From the NCBI GenBank assembly GCA_004764695.1, contig SMSO01000014.1, positions 1,111,648 to 1,175,647 on the forward strand: DNA of 64,000 nucleotides. Direction: 5' to 3'. The notes below the pieces were generated by a model. The model was not told the DNA's origin. It did not search any database and saw nothing but the letters and a program-made list of their open reading frames with translations. This document shows, in pieces, positions 25,274 to 39,093 of this stretch. Source of the DNA: Schizochytrium sp. TIO01 (lineage: Eukaryota > Protista > Bigyra: Labyrinthulomycetes). Numbering within the stretch: position 1 is the stretch's first letter; each line of letters opens with the position of its first letter. The position numbers were made by a program, and so were the translations under genes.

Positions 25274-27328
25274 TTAAGTCGTAATATCTGTGTAAATTAC
25301 AGCGTCACTCCATGATGCAGTGTGGTTATAAACCTTGGGCTTGGGCAAGTACATCACTTCCCGCTTCTTAGCTTTGTACTTGCCATTTTTGCCGATAGTA
25401 CTACATTCTTCGTACAAGAAGCAGTACTTTCGGTTTGTGTTGTACTTAAATGCCATACATTTGAGCTCAGATGGATCAAAGCACAGTTTTCGACAAGCGT
25501 CAGCGCTAGCCACGCGCTTCTTTCGCAAATAATGATTCCTATCCTGGCAGGTTCGATATGAAAATGCCTTGACAACCTTTGAGAGTGAGACTTGGTCTGC
25601 ATCTGTAAATCTGCACGAATTTGCATCACAGGTATAGCCTTCGTTGTAATCAAGCTCATAAGCATCGGAGCTGTCCATGTCGTATCCAAGATCACTCTGC
25701 TTGGTACCATCATAGTCACGCCAGGGGAAACATTGTGGATGTTTACCAACGTCGAGAAGCTTTTGATGATCACTAATGACAGCACCTGACCGCCACCAGC
25801 CAATCAAACCCGGGCATTCAGAGCACTTTGGGATTGTATCGTGGAAATCGGCCCACTTCAATGCTCGGGCTTCGTACAGAGTGTTGATTGTATTTTCGCA
25901 TCGACGAGAATGCCATAATTGGCAATTTTGCTTAGCCGAGGAAGGGTTTGCCCCAATACAACCTTGTTCAGGAGGTTTGCGAGTGGTGATGCTCCGGGCA
26001 GCAAACTGATTGTAAAATGATGTTAAGAATGCGCCCCGACAGTTGTCAAGGCCATCCAGATCTAACAATGCATGAAAGATGCGGGCTTTTGTTGATCCTG
26101 AGACTGTCTCGAGAAGGTACTCTACGACTGGTTTCATAAAGGTATACTGATCGCCTTGGTAGATATTCAAAAGAGAATCGTCATAAAAATCAGGCGTGAA
26201 ATCTACCCCCGCAGCATCGAGAAAGAGATAGCTTGCGAAAAGGTACATAAAAGCCACGGGGAGATTACCCTTAGGGGGTGCAAGGAATAGCCACTCAGTT
26301 GCTGTCTTCAAATGCGCTGAAGCCATTTGAAGATAGCCTTCCTTGTTTTTAGCTGGCTTTGGTGGGGTGTACCAGAAATTCTTAGCAGCAGCCCACTGCA
26401 GCACTTTATTGCTGCCTGTCTTAAAATTCCCAATGTATTGAATATACATGTAGGTGGTATTAATCGGGCGAGGGCCAAGGTCCTGTCGTGCAGGTCCGTG
26501 TATGCTTGGTAAATTACGATTCTTGCTCTGGAGAATCACCTCATGAAAGAGCCCCCCACCCGTTCGTCCCTGGTGTCCTGTAAACCCGTTGAGCCAAGTA
26601 TAGCCCTTGACTTCATTACAAGTATAATCCACGTACGTGTAGAGTTGCGTTGACCCCACTGAAAAGTCTACGCGAATAATTTTTGCTTCCTCTGGGGTTG
26701 TAGCTGTGCTTGGAAATAGAGTCAGACTTCTGAAGGTTGCTAAGGAACGAAATTGATGTCTCGCCGCTGGGAAGAGCTGCAATATTGTTTTAGTGTTTGA
26801 GTTTCGAAAAGTGTAATCGAATCCATCAAGAGCTTCATTAGTATTGCAACACCACGCGTTTTCTAAATCGCTGTATTTTGAACTTCCAGTATCGATTGAT
26901 GGTCTCCATATTGACCCATCACTAGCTTTACGAATGACTGTCAGCATTGGAGGCATGCGACAGTCCGCAACAGTCACACATGATGATTCAATTTCAGCAT
27001 CGGTCATAGAATCGATGTCAACCATATAAGGAGTTTTGATTTCTTGCCGAATGTATGATAACTTGTATTCATCGCTCTCTGCGTCGAAGCTATCAGGGTC
27101 GAGGACATGAGGTTCCCCTGTTATGACTTGCGCTCGAAAGGAGCCGTATAAAGGTTTATCAGGACACAAACTCTGGCTAATGCTAAAGCTAGAGATGTTA
27201 TTAGCCATGGTGCTGATAGGGGTGAAATCATAGAGGACATCGTTAACACATGCTGCGTCTGTCTTTAGAAGTATCTGAATGAACAAGGTAACCACAAGGG
27301 CGTGTACGATGAGATCACTCCCTGTCAT
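25274..27328 (-). CDS. Secreted Cys-rich protein with C-terminal PAN/apple domain, 684 aa
   Basis: Signal peptide LIVHALVVTLFIQILLKTDA. C-terminal TCQD...SADACRKLC...KCMAFKYN...YCFLYEEC is a PAN/apple pattern. The remainder is unrecognised. Confidence 0.75.
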   Translation of the reverse strand: MTGSDLIVHALVVTLFIQILLKTDAACVNDVLYDFTPISTMANNISSFSISQSLCPDKPLYGSFRAQVITGEPHVLDPDSFDAESDEYKLSYIRQEIKTPYMVDIDSMTDAEIESSCVTVADCRMPPMLTVIRKASDGSIWRPSIDTGSSKYSDLENAWCCNTNEALDGFDYTFRNSNTKTILQLFPAARHQFRSLATFRSLTLFPSTATTPEEAKIIRVDFSVGSTQLYTYVDYTCNEVKGYTWLNGFTGHQGRTGGGLFHEVILQSKNRNLPSIHGPARQDLGPRPINTTYMYIQYIGNFKTGSNKVLQWAAAKNFWYTPPKPAKNKEGYLQMASAHLKTATEWLFLAPPKGNLPVAFMYLFASYLFLDAAGVDFTPDFYDDSLLNIYQGDQYTFMKPVVEYLLETVSGSTKARIFHALLDLDGLDNCRGAFLTSFYNQFAARSITTRKPPEQGCIGANPSSAKQNCQLWHSRRCENTINTLYEARALKWADFHDTIPKCSECPGLIGWWRSGAVISDHQKLLDVGKHPQCFPWRDYDGTKQSDLGYDMDSSDAYELDYNEGYTCDANSCRFTDADQVSLSKVVKAFSYRTCQDRNHYLRKKRVASADACRKLCFDPSELKCMAFKYNTNRKYCFLYEECSTIGKNGKYKAKKREVMYLPKPKVYNHTASWSDAVIYTDITT

Positions 27329-30300
27329 TCCTCATGAATGTACTACAGTTCTAATGTTTGAGAAACACTCGTGCCTTTCCTTAAGGAGGGTGCTCAAACA
27401 AACCAGGGCCACCTAGCAAAAGAAGGTGAACCGCACGTGCCTAGTCGTAGAGTTGGGGATTTGCAAGGAGAAGCTCGTCGATTTTTCACCAAACGAGTTC
27501 TTTTTTTTTTCTTTTTTTTGAATGATTGGAATGAAAGAAATGAAACAAAGTGGTGCACAAGAAGTTGGAAATATTCGCGATCCAATGAATAAGATGTTTG
27601 AAACCTAGTATTATTAGTTGGAAAATAATAAGTCAAAGTCAGCACCTTCAAACGTTTTCCATATACATGTTTTCTTTTTTTCGATTATATTTAGAGTATG
27701 GTGGGCTCGTGCGCACTTTTAAAGATAAACTATATTTGACTTTTTATTATTTTTAAATCAATATATAATAGTCTTGCGTTTTTTGTTTATTCTTTGACAG
27801 GAAAGAACTTGCTAAGGCATCCTTGCAAGCTGCAGGGCCAGTGACAGAGCAATCTTGCAAGAGCTGACAGCTTCTCTAGTCCTCAACCTGCTAAAACTTT
27901 GCAAGGCAAGTCTGACGTTCGCAAATCTAGGACACACGCAGCAGCATGTCAGACTATCTAGAGCCTGTGTCGCACTTTTTTACTTCGCTTTATAAATTTT
28001 TATCATCTATTATTTACTTATTTGTTTTGAAGATTCAGGAGTAAAAGGAAAAGAACTTACATATTCGTATTCGTGAGAGGCCTTTTTTCTGAAAGTGCGA
28101 GTACCTCATACCTTTTAGGTGCTGACTACATATATAGCAAAAACTATAGCTGGGACAAGCTTTGCGGAATCGAATTCATCATCGCGTCAAAGCGCATCAA
28201 GAAGCGAGCAAGAGCTTGGTCGGTCGGATTAAAGGCCGGCCCAAGCGGTATTTGTTTGACGGAGCTCCGTTTTGCCTCCGCACAGTTATTCTTTGGTGTC
28301 GAACCTATTCTCTCGCTCCAGAAGCCCATGACATCCTCGGTTGACGACGATGAGTGGTGCTCATCCATTGAGGGGCGCCATCTTGCAAATTGCATAGTCG
28401 TGGGTAGGCAGGTGCCTCCGTTCCACTTAGCCACATAGACATACATAGATATCTACATAGATAGACACCTGTTTTACAAGTAATTCAAGACTCAATAGAA
28501 CTAACTTCTTCTGCGACGCCGTGAGAACAAGGTTTTTCTTCTCTACAAGAATAGAACAAGGATCTAATTGGAAGCCGCAGTGCGGCTTCCAAATCATCGC
28601 TGACAGCACTTTGTTCCATTCCATCAGCGCTATCTCACTCCACGTTCATGTATATTTCATACAAACATAAACATATGTGCGTGCCTCCTCGGCCAATGGA
28701 CGCAGTACGCAGTACGCAGCACGCAGTACGCAGCCAGGAGCAGATTAACGTCGCGGCGTCACGGAGAGTAAGCCCTGCCCTGCTTTAAGTCTGATGCAGA
28801 GCCAGGAGCTAGGAACCTGTTCGAGTCCGAGAGCCTGGCATGAGTTTCCAGTCCTGATTTCACGTGAATGCTGTTATGGTAGGTAGAGATACCCTAAGAA
28901 TTTATTTGCATCGCGTGCCGCCATCTTTTATTGTAAGGAAGTCCTACCGCTTCTTTGGCCAAGCTTTCTCTTATCTGTTTATTCTAAGTATTGCTCATTG
29001 CTTCAAAGTTACATCATATATTTTGAGTGAGTGTTGAAAAACTAAAAATTAAAAACTAAAATAAAAGAGCTCATTCCAACCAAGAGCGCTTCTACCTCAT
29101 TGTCTCTGAATCGACGATCTCTTGCGATGGCAGGAATTGTGGGATCAGACAAAACTAACGTTGGGCTGATCAACGACGCAAAGGGAAGGTATTGATTGGG
29201 TAAGCGAGCAAATGCCGCTCAGGAGCCTTGGCAATACCTAGTAGGTATGGGCAGGCAAGCTCCGCGATGTTTTCGTAAGTAAGCACGTGCGGCTATAAAA
29301 ATTAAATCAATTTAAAGGCCAAAACAAATGCGCTCGCCTGCAGGTTTGAAAGACTTGCTCCTCCCTCCTTTTGGTAGGTACCTGCCTCCCTTCATATTGT
29401 GATTTTTTAAATTTAGTTTTTAATTAAATTAAAAACAGTTAAAGTAAGGGAGCACGTCTATTATTCAATATTCGCATGCAGATGCCAGCACTGGTCGCGC
29501 GTCTTTGTAATCAGAAGACGAGAGTGTAAACTTCATTGGACGCGTGAAAATCAGTCCAAATGCCCGGCAAGGTTCCCTCTGTTCTGTTGCTTCGTTCAAA
29601 CTTTCTTCTTCGCCAGGCTGCAGAGCCACCATATAGTTGGAAGCGCCAGCAAATGTGACGACGGAGCTTCGCAACTTTGTAAGATGACCAAGAAGTTGTC
29701 GGACGCTTCTTCCTGTAATGTCTAAGTCTCTTGGCGTGATCTTCCACGAGCTTTTGAGCCATTCATTCGATATTCCTCAAGTTCGATTTCGTCAGTGACA
29801 AGGCTCACAGAGCATATTTGCGTGCGCCAGAGTGCACTAATCCCTCACTGACAGGCTTATTCTAGAGCAAGGAAATAGAACAAACAAAGCCCCCAATATT
29901 CGTTTATTTATGTACACTTGTAAAAATTATTCTAGCTTGAGTAAAACTTAAGCCATCCCTAAGTACCATAGTTTGATTTTAAACTTTAAAATGTTTTATT
30001 TTTTGCTTTTTTGCTTTTTATTTTGTTTATTATTTAAATTATAATATAAAAACATATGATATCAACAAAATGAAAATAATAGCCGAAACCTGTCGTATTC
30101 AAAGCCAGGGAGCTACAGCCTGCGTAATGGAGATGGAAAATGATTTGATTGCACACTAGAGCAGCTTTGGACTCTAACTTACAATGACTCCAGAGAGCGT
30201 GCAACATAATTTGATAAAATACTCGCGCTGGTATGCTTCGGGCATTGGAACTGGCCACACCCCGGAATAACCTTGTTATGGATTGTGTATATGTATGATG

Positions 30301-33300
30301 TAAATATAGCACTCTTTCGTAGAACGCTCGTGCAAGACACTCTCGGAAGTCCCGGTACTAAAATGTTTTCAGCCTGGGAGCCCCCTTCTAGATACCATTG
30401 ATCGGCAATTCCTCAATGCTAGAAAACCGTTTGTCCAGCACGGCTCGAGCTACCATGCAGTCCTCGCGCAGGTTTGATGTTGGAGACGACACACCACAAA
30501 CACAGCAGGAAATATAGAAAACCCATGTTTCGAAAGTTCTCTTTAAGAAAAAAGAAAAGGATTTGGAATGAATACATACATACACACGGTCCTCGCAAAC
30601 TTGATATGTAAACAAATAGTCTGGAGGCCTGGTGCAAGAAGGCATCTTACGTCATTCTCTGAACCGGGTCGGATCAGCAGAGTTAACAGTAGAATGATGT
30701 TTATACAGCCATCAGCTCCGATACTCAGGATACAGGTAGATGTCTACATTGATTTTATGTTACATTGATTTTTTGGTCCTTCAAGTTGGTTCTGTATTGT
30801 AGCTTGAACCGTTCGATGTAATCTAACGTTGCTGCTGTTCTTCGAGTTAGTAGATGAAGCCAATGATTCGTACCGGGTTGAAGAGACGTTCAAGTGTCAG
30901 TGTAAGAAGTTTTGTTTTAGTCAACAATTGACAATGACTATCTTGATAGCCCAAAACATATGAATTGGCCCAAGAACCCCTGAAGGAAGCAACCAAAATT
31001 GGGAAAAATGGGTCTGCTAGATAGTCTAGCTTGTCGCACACGATGACGATCTGATTATTAAGCGGTACTCACCCTTCTTGATCAGGTGTGTCATATAACA
31101 GCAATAGTCGATTTAGAATAGAGTTTGTAAATCATCTATGGGAATAAAGGTCTGTCGGCGGAATATTTCTCTTCATGAGACTCGCTATTGACAGGGCAGT
31201 CAGCATCTACGGCGTACTCAAAATTACCTGTGTGGGGCATTTCGAGTACACCGGTACGCGCCTATCTCGTTACAAATACTATTTATTTACTATTAAGCTT
31301 GAGTCATTTTTTATTATTAAGTTTATTCTCGTTTTATCATCTATTTGTATTTTATAAAAAAAGTTTTTCTTTGACAAGTTTTTTTGAATAAATACTACAA
31401 GGAGTTGGACCTTTGAAACCAAGATATTGCGAAACATTGAAGTTAGTTGAAGTCCTGAACTACTTCGATATTCTTTGATTCGATCTGAATTGAATCTCCA
31501 TCAATTTGGGCAGCGCCTTCTCATTTAATCTCTCAAGCGAAGCCCGGCTCCCTTGAAGAACACTTTTACTACAAATTCCAACCTATACCCAAATATAGAC
31601 TTACATGATGTATGAACGAGAACCAAACAGAGCCAAGAGTCACTGAGAGATTACGAAATTCCTTGGATTAAGACGACGATTACGAAGGGAGGAAAGCATG
31701 AAGCTAGCCCCAAAAGGGTCAAGAACCCCGTGCGGAGGCCTCCATAAACAAATTATAGAGGTAAACATGAACGCTGCATGTCTAAAAGATAAGGAACTGC
31801 GAGAAAGAAAGAAGTACCCTTAGTCTCTAATAAGGCGACTCTAAATTGGTCCAGGCATCATCACAAAATCCAGCCTTGGTTTTCCCAAACTTTGTAAAAC
31901 GCGCGACACGCACCCATCATTATTAGAGAGATCCGATGCGATCGATCACTATACTTCTGTGTGCGTACTTGATCAAACAAAGCCTTGGGATAAGCTTGTT
32001 GCTTGATTTTGAGCACGTCGCATGCTCGGCTATCAGCACGTACCCATGAGTTATCTGATGTGTCAGTCGATCATTATCATCTGATTTATTATGCATATGC
32101 GAACTTCGATTATTAACACTTTCGAGCAATTTAATTTATTATATGTACCTATATCATACAATTTTCAATTTTAAAAGCACCATAAAATAAATATTTACAG
32201 GCTTATACGGAATCTTTGTTATAAAGAAATATTTTAATTACTACACTAAATGTAAAAGTGAAAACTTCGGAACTTTCGCTAATAAGTTCCAGGGCCAAGA
32301 TGGTGACAGCCCGAGGAATAAGAATTTCATGTAGCGTGTGGCCCTGGAGCTTGTACACCATTAAATTACAGGCTCGGCACAACGGACTAGGTCCGTCTTG
32401 CTTTAAATGCCTCGAAAGTATAGCGTTGGTAGCCGCGAAGACTATTAGCTATCCTACTACTTTCGATTGCAGCTCTGAACCTATTCCTGTTCATCATTGC
32501 GAACTCCTGTACATCACTATGAAGAATTTCCGAGTCAATTTCTACACGACTGTCGCAAGATGTATCTAAAATTTCAAACTCTATCTCCAGTTGACTTTTT
32601 GTTGGTCGAAGAGACTAAAAATGAAGAAAATCTCTGGGCAAGTTTTCAATTCCGATTTTTGATCACGCGAGCGAGGGGTTGTTTTGGAATAGCAGCATCC
32701 AGCTTTCCTAAAGCTTTCTTCGAAACTTCAATAGCAAAGCCCGACGCCATCCACCAAAGCCAGGAAGAAGTGGCGTGGAAGCAAAATCAATGGACGTTAC
32801 TAGTTTGTAAGCTTGGGTGCACACCACACCTGACCTTGGTATATCATTTTATTTTTCTTGATTTATCTCAATTGTTCAAAAGCATACAGATCATGGCGTC
32901 ATTTTTTAAAAATAGTTTTCATTTAAAAATAAATAATAATAGTAATATTATTTCTTTATTATTAAAATGCAATATACATAGTATATTTTGAAGCGACTTG
33001 GAGGTTGCACAAGTGCATTGAGTTGCCGCCGCGATCTTCAATCAACGACACACGAAGTCGATCCAGAGTTCGCAATTATAGAGTCGATATATATTTCGTA
33101 AAATTAACAAGCAACTACATGTGTACATCAGTTGTCAGTGGAAGCGTAGGGAGCATGAAACAAATCGGGAATTTATGGTCTCCTCAGGATGAGTCTGAGG
33201 TTCTTGCACACATAGTTTTCTTGAACTCACAAGCAATATGTAAGACCATGGAAGATGCACACTCATTTGGTTTTATTTGGAGCACTTACCTTTCAAGAAG

Positions 33301-36300
33301 AATATTTTCGTGGTGAATTTGGAGGCCCAGACAGTTGACTCGCACGGACTCAATGCAAGTTTAATTAATGCAAATCATAACTAGCGACGTATATTTTCTG
33401 ATCAACAGCAAAATTCCCCAAGATGACCCTCAGCATAGTGCTTTCAGAGATATAGGTTATACAAACACACTAATAATAAAAAGTAATATAATATATATAA
33501 TTGTAGAGTATAATTGTTGGCTACATAAAGTCTAATCCATACATTATCAGGACTGAGGTATTCTGTGTCACAATTCCTTTAGACTACTGTTCGTTAACCT
33601 GAAATTCTACACTATCCGCATGGTCCTTAACGGATATCTGTCAAGATAAACATAGATCTATATCTTTTTTTAAATCATAGAAACATATACGTATAAATGC
33701 AAAAACAACGATCGTGAAGATAAGCCAAGGCTGCACTGACAGAGTAGTTATTAGTGTCTCGACTTTCGAGTGTGTTTCTATTGTTTATTTGATTTACTCG
33801 AAGTACAATTTTCGCCTTTCTGAAATGCAAAAGCTTACCTCTTGCGCATGCTCTCTTATTTGTTGCATGGATTCCGGAGTACATTCCTCTGAGCTTAATC
33901 TGCAAACCGTACGAAAGAGTGATGATGAGAACCATTCGAAGACTTGTTACTTAAGTTTCTCTCATAAAAATAAAAGGTTTTGCGTCTTCAAGGAGAAGAA
34001 ACAGTAGTTTAATTCGCCCTCATAATATGATGAACCGATTAACGTTAATATCATTTTTTCCTAGATAACTACATCTGATGAATTGAAAGAAAGCAACATT
34101 CGAATGTCCTTCAAAAGCTTTTTACAAACCTTTCAAAATTGTCTTTGTCTTTTCTTGTCGTCTTGCAGTGCATTCAATGCTGCCAGGCAACACATTAAAG
34201 AAAAAGACGCAGTTACGTTAGTGAAGTAATTTTAACTCGATCAAATGCATTTTGATGCTACAAAGTCATCTTGTAACTAGCCAGTGAAAATCGTTTGCGA
34301 GATCTTACGAGTAAGAGGAAAGGATATGTCTTGATTCTTTCAGATGATGACTTTAAATGGGCTCTTTGAGTTGAAAATGTCTGAAATGACATTATATGTT
34401 TTAAAAGAATTTTTAATTAAGTGGGAAATATAATGTTGCCTCGTGTAATGCTTCGCCCCTTACTACAGTCAGAATGTCGACGGAGTGCATATCGAATGAC
34501 AAAAAAAATATAAAATGAATCTATGTTCTCGTAGTCACTAAGGAAGGTACATAAAGTAATTGTGCTGCCACAATCAGAGAATTCACATTTTGAAGAACAT
34601 ATGAGATGACTATATTTTCTTTAAAATGAAATTTTAAAATTAAAAAGTTAAATATCGTTTATCTCCAGGTAAACAAGTCTTACTATTTTTTTTTTTTTTT
34701 TTAAATATCATCGTTTACTCTTATTAAAAAGGACAGAATAGATAATAAAAAGTACACCTAAAGATCTCAAATAGAAAACATGTTTGAAACTACCTATATT
34801 AACATTGACACTTCATCCATCCCGAGTCTTTGAAAAGCATTTCAACCCTTGAATGTGCGAGAGGGTGTTAGTTCTTTTGCACTTTTGAGCATAAATTCTA
34901 GGTAAAGCATAAGAAGCCCTTATACGATCGATGGAGACTTCATTTAGCGGAACAACTACCAACCTATAGTCTTGGTTCGAGCTGGAAACCGAAAAATCCT
35001 CCCACGATGATGGGTATGCTACAAACTATTTTAAAATGATTGTAGAGTACTAACTAGCTCGTACCAACCTTGGCACTGACTACATAGGTCGGTGCAAAAG
35101 GTTAGGTCAATTTAAAAGTCGGAAAGCATACCATCTCTCCAATTTCATTTCCAAGCTTGCGAAGTTTGTCGAACACCAACGGTAACGACATTTGGGTTGC
35201 TGCTCTTGACTCAGCTAGCAACTGTGCTTGGTGAGAAAGACTTGTGAAAAAACGTGTCTGCCATCAAGCACATGGCATTAACAAATCTAAAAACCTTTTC
35301 ATTAATATAAATTTAATTATATTTTAATTTTTTAAAATTAATAAATATATAAAAAAGCGCATGAATCATGAATTAGACTTGATTGCAGTGGGAGAAGAAA
35401 ACTGAGTATGGTCATAACAACTTCAAGTTGAATATCTCAACAGCTCAATAGCAGGTATTAAAGTAAAAGCCTGCTCCCTCAAATGTTGACCTTCGAACTC
35501 TGCGAGAGCTTCATTGCAATATTATGCGCACTCGCAGGCTGTCGTTTGAGAGGAAAAAAAGTGTATACGTTGAAGGTAAGCAATTTTTAATTTTATTTCA
35601 GTTGTCGAAGATAGTGGAGCTTCCCCAGGATGAAAACAGGAAACAACAGAATCATTTGAGTCACCTAAAATGAATGCATCTAGCTGTTTCTTTTTCCTTG
35701 TTGCTTGCTGTCATCGCTGTTTTCGCAGACTAGATCAAACTAATGAGGGATACAATTATATACCAATCATTTTCTATAGTAGGGCCAGAAGAAAAAAACG
35801 CATGCACGCGAGATTGTTCCCACAAATGTTTCTGTCAGTTGCAGTCGTACAAAGGAGACATTAGCTCAATTACTTCAATGCATATTACAGGCAGCCTGCC
35901 ATGCTCACTGACACGCTGATCACGCACTCCAAGAAGGACAGTTACTAGACAGATCGCTTAATTTGCAACGAAAACTGAGTGTTGCGTCTTTCATAAACTG
36001 GATAACCTTGATGCTCGAAACACCAAAAGTAGACAGCCAACTGATAGACAACACAAGCTTTTAGCAGCATTTCTTATTGATTGATTTGTAGCTGAACTAA
36101 GAACATACTTCTGACCGATGCATAAGTCACATTGACTTCCCAACGTTGAACTACTTACGGCTTCCTGACCGGAGGTCTTCTCCGTTTGCTTCCATAGGAC
36201 CTTGGCAAAATTAGAATAGCCTGAGAGTATGATAAAAAACCTCTGCTTACAAAATAACAAGCATAAACTTCGGATGCCGAAATTGCACGATTGGTAATGG

Positions 36301-37996
36301 ATACTCAAAAATCAAGAAATAACTGCCAGAGATGCAAAAAAGTTAATTAAGCCTTGCTCCCGCACCAAGGTACTTTTCATCCCACGTTAAATGGAACAAT
36401 CAAGCTTAATATTAACTAGTTTAGTAAAGGCTATCATTGAGTCGAGCAAAAAAATAGCTCCTTTGTTCATGGAGATGCATGTGAGTCCACAGAAAAAGAG
36501 TCTTCAATGTCCTAAGAATACTCTATAGACCAATCGCTGGATAAGCAGATTGTTACATCTGAATGGAGCTTTGGAACAGCTTCTCTAGGTAGAAAAAAAT
36601 GAGGTTTGAAACTGCATTGGGTACAGAACCTTGCGCGACTGATGTATTGTCTCGACAAGTTGCCTTCTCAAGAACTGTGATTAAATGGACGAAGAGTTCG
36701 ACGAGATGCACCGATCCTCTCATTATTTTGGTTCCTTTTTTTCAGACATGATATTTCGATTGTTTTCTCTGACCGAGCATCTTTCGCCAAATAATAGAAG
36801 CCGGCCTAGATGAATTCGCAAAATTATTCATCCCAAAAGAAGTTTATTTCAGTCTGAAAAGGTTGCTTCATAGCCTTCTTCAATGGAAAACAACTCTTAG
36901 ACATTTTGAGTGGCGCAAGTAATGCATGATGTTTGGAAGCTTCATCAGCATCGCTTTTTCGTTTCTAAGGTTCTCATTTATTTAGACATTCACCGGATCA
37001 GCTTATTACTATTCACTCCATAGTATTTAGCTAGCATTTTTAGCCTTGGTAAATAATCTTATTCAAGTTAGAGCAAAGCACTCAGGTGTAGTTACGCAAA
37101 GCCTTTTTTCTTGGCTATTTTTGGCACCTTTCGCGAAAATTGAGAAGTTGCTACCTAGTCACATGACTTGAAACACTCAATGTACTTCCCAAGCTTTCTA
37201 AAGCAAAAGCCTCAAGCAGAGGTGGTCTCCTCCTATCAATCCTTCACCTGATTGGTAAAATCTTACTTTATCAAAGCATTCTATCGCTTGCCATATATAA
37301 CCCGTCTAGCACGATAGGTAGTAGAGTAGTAGATGTCCTAGCTTCCTACTACTGCTCCGGCCACTGCTCAGTTGCTCTGAAAAGAGCAATTGATGGTTTT
37401 AAGCTGCTCCATGTTGAGGGAGGAGGTCGCGTAAAGATCCTTGCGAGCTTGCGTCGGTGTCATTTGGTACTAAGGTAGGTGGGTATGTAGGTACCTAGTG
37501 TTTCTCTACAAACGCACTTCGCGGATAAACACATGGTAAATTCTGGGAAAACCCTTTGACTTGACGGTGTGGAGAACGTGCCATTCAAGGTGCCAAAGCA
37601 CTGAATATGGAGTTTCCGAGCGGCTTTGGCCATGTAATTAAGAACTTCTAATGTGCTGTTTCGAGCATCGCAGCAAAAGCAGTTAGTTAGCTATACCATC
37701 TGCACAAAGGCAAGATTCCACCTTACAGGTGCAGACCTGCGAGGCACACGTCTTGAAAGCCCGCCGCAAGGAGCTAGAGCTGCTCTTAAGAATTTAGTCC
37801 AACCTCGATTCGAAGTTCTCGTCCCCGTAGCATCCACGATTCGCTCCGCACCAGAAAGAATCCGCACCAGGGCATGCTGCCAAGATAGATTTCCAACGCT
37901 GGCTCACGGCCTTGAACAGCCTCGGAGCATTCTATGGACAACGTGAAGAATACCAATCTGGAGGTCTCGCTCGATGATGAGATGGTACTTGCTCGC

Positions 37997-38047
37997 CAAG
38001 CCCAAGCTCAAGCTCAAGCTCAAGCTCAAGCTCAAGCTCAAGCTCAA
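37997..38047. repeat. (CAAGCT)n hexanucleotide tandem repeat
   Basis: Seven perfect CAAGCT copies at 38003-38044 plus partial flanking copies. Confidence 0.95.
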
Positions 38048-38964
38048 CTTCTTGAAGCACGTTTGCTGGCACCAAGGCAGGCCACCATAGCATGTGCGTG
38101 GCCATTTGTGTACGAGCTGAATGAATGAAAGTGGTGAGACCAGGTCCGGCACGAGCAGAATCATGGACCCAGACAGCAGGCGAGTCCTCGCGAGCGACCT
38201 CTGTGTCGATTGATTGATTGATTGAATATGGGCTGATTGATTGGGCAAGCAGACTTTCTGGAGAGCTCTTCTTGGCTGGTGCTAGCCTCGCTCTACTAGA
38301 TCGCTTTACGAAGGGTGCATCAAGGCTTTCAAGAACACCAAGGCTGCCTTGCACTCGCCTTCCAGCGCACGGACTCAGCTCCGCACATTACACGAGGTCC
38401 CCACATTATTAGGCACAAACAAGCAAGCAGGCAAGCACGCACTCTCTGGCGCCAGTCTCTGTAAAATGTCGGTGCTATTACACCCATCTTGAGCACTGCA
38501 CACCTCCCAGCAAGGGCCTCAGGCACGTGGAGCAGCACGCCGAGTCGACCAAAGTCATGCCCAGCGAGAAGGTCAACCTGAGCCAGCAAGTCAGGGCATG
38601 GATGGGATGCGGTGAGCGCGAGGTTTCCAAAGTCTAAGCTGTGCAAATGACACGCGGTACACACCCATTGCTCTAAAGTAATAGTGGGTACTGCGCAAAC
38701 CAGCCATTGCAAAATCAATCGAAAGGTGCCAGGCTCAAGCGACTTCGAGCTTTCCGTCAGTGCATAACGCCATCGAAGACTCCAGCCAAGCAGGCGTGGC
38801 AAGTCACGGCTGATCTCGTGCAGTATCCATCCAAAGGTAGGTTCACGCAGAGCCGTCATAAATTGTTGATACATCCTCCTGCCGCATACTCCAAGTCTTG
38901 TTTCCTTTTCGATTCGCGGAAGGGTGACTGACCTTGGTTTAGGACCGTATTTTATCGCCTCTGT

Positions 38965-39093
38965 ATTTAAGACGCCGCCTCCGTTTCGAGGCCCCTCACA
39001 GGTCCACTTGCCACGGATTTTAAGACGCCTGTGGGGATTTGAGACGCGTAAGGGTTCATACGCGTGGACACTAGGGCTGTATTTTGAGACGCC
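38965..39093 (+). promoter_or_regulatory. Cluster of four ATTT(T)RAGACGC motifs
   Basis: Copies at 38965, 39017, 39037 and 39081, all in the same orientation, about 1 kb upstream of the LRR-kinase-RING gene. Function is inferred only. Confidence 0.4.

Noticed and set aside
28800-28840. tRNA-like segment (gccagg...gttcgagtcc...cctggca)
   Set aside because: Too short, the T-stem does not pair, and there is no D or anticodon arm.
37934-38128. Short ORFs with AQ, LE or LS dipeptide runs
   Set aside because: They are by-products of the (CAAGCT)n repeat with no other coding evidence.
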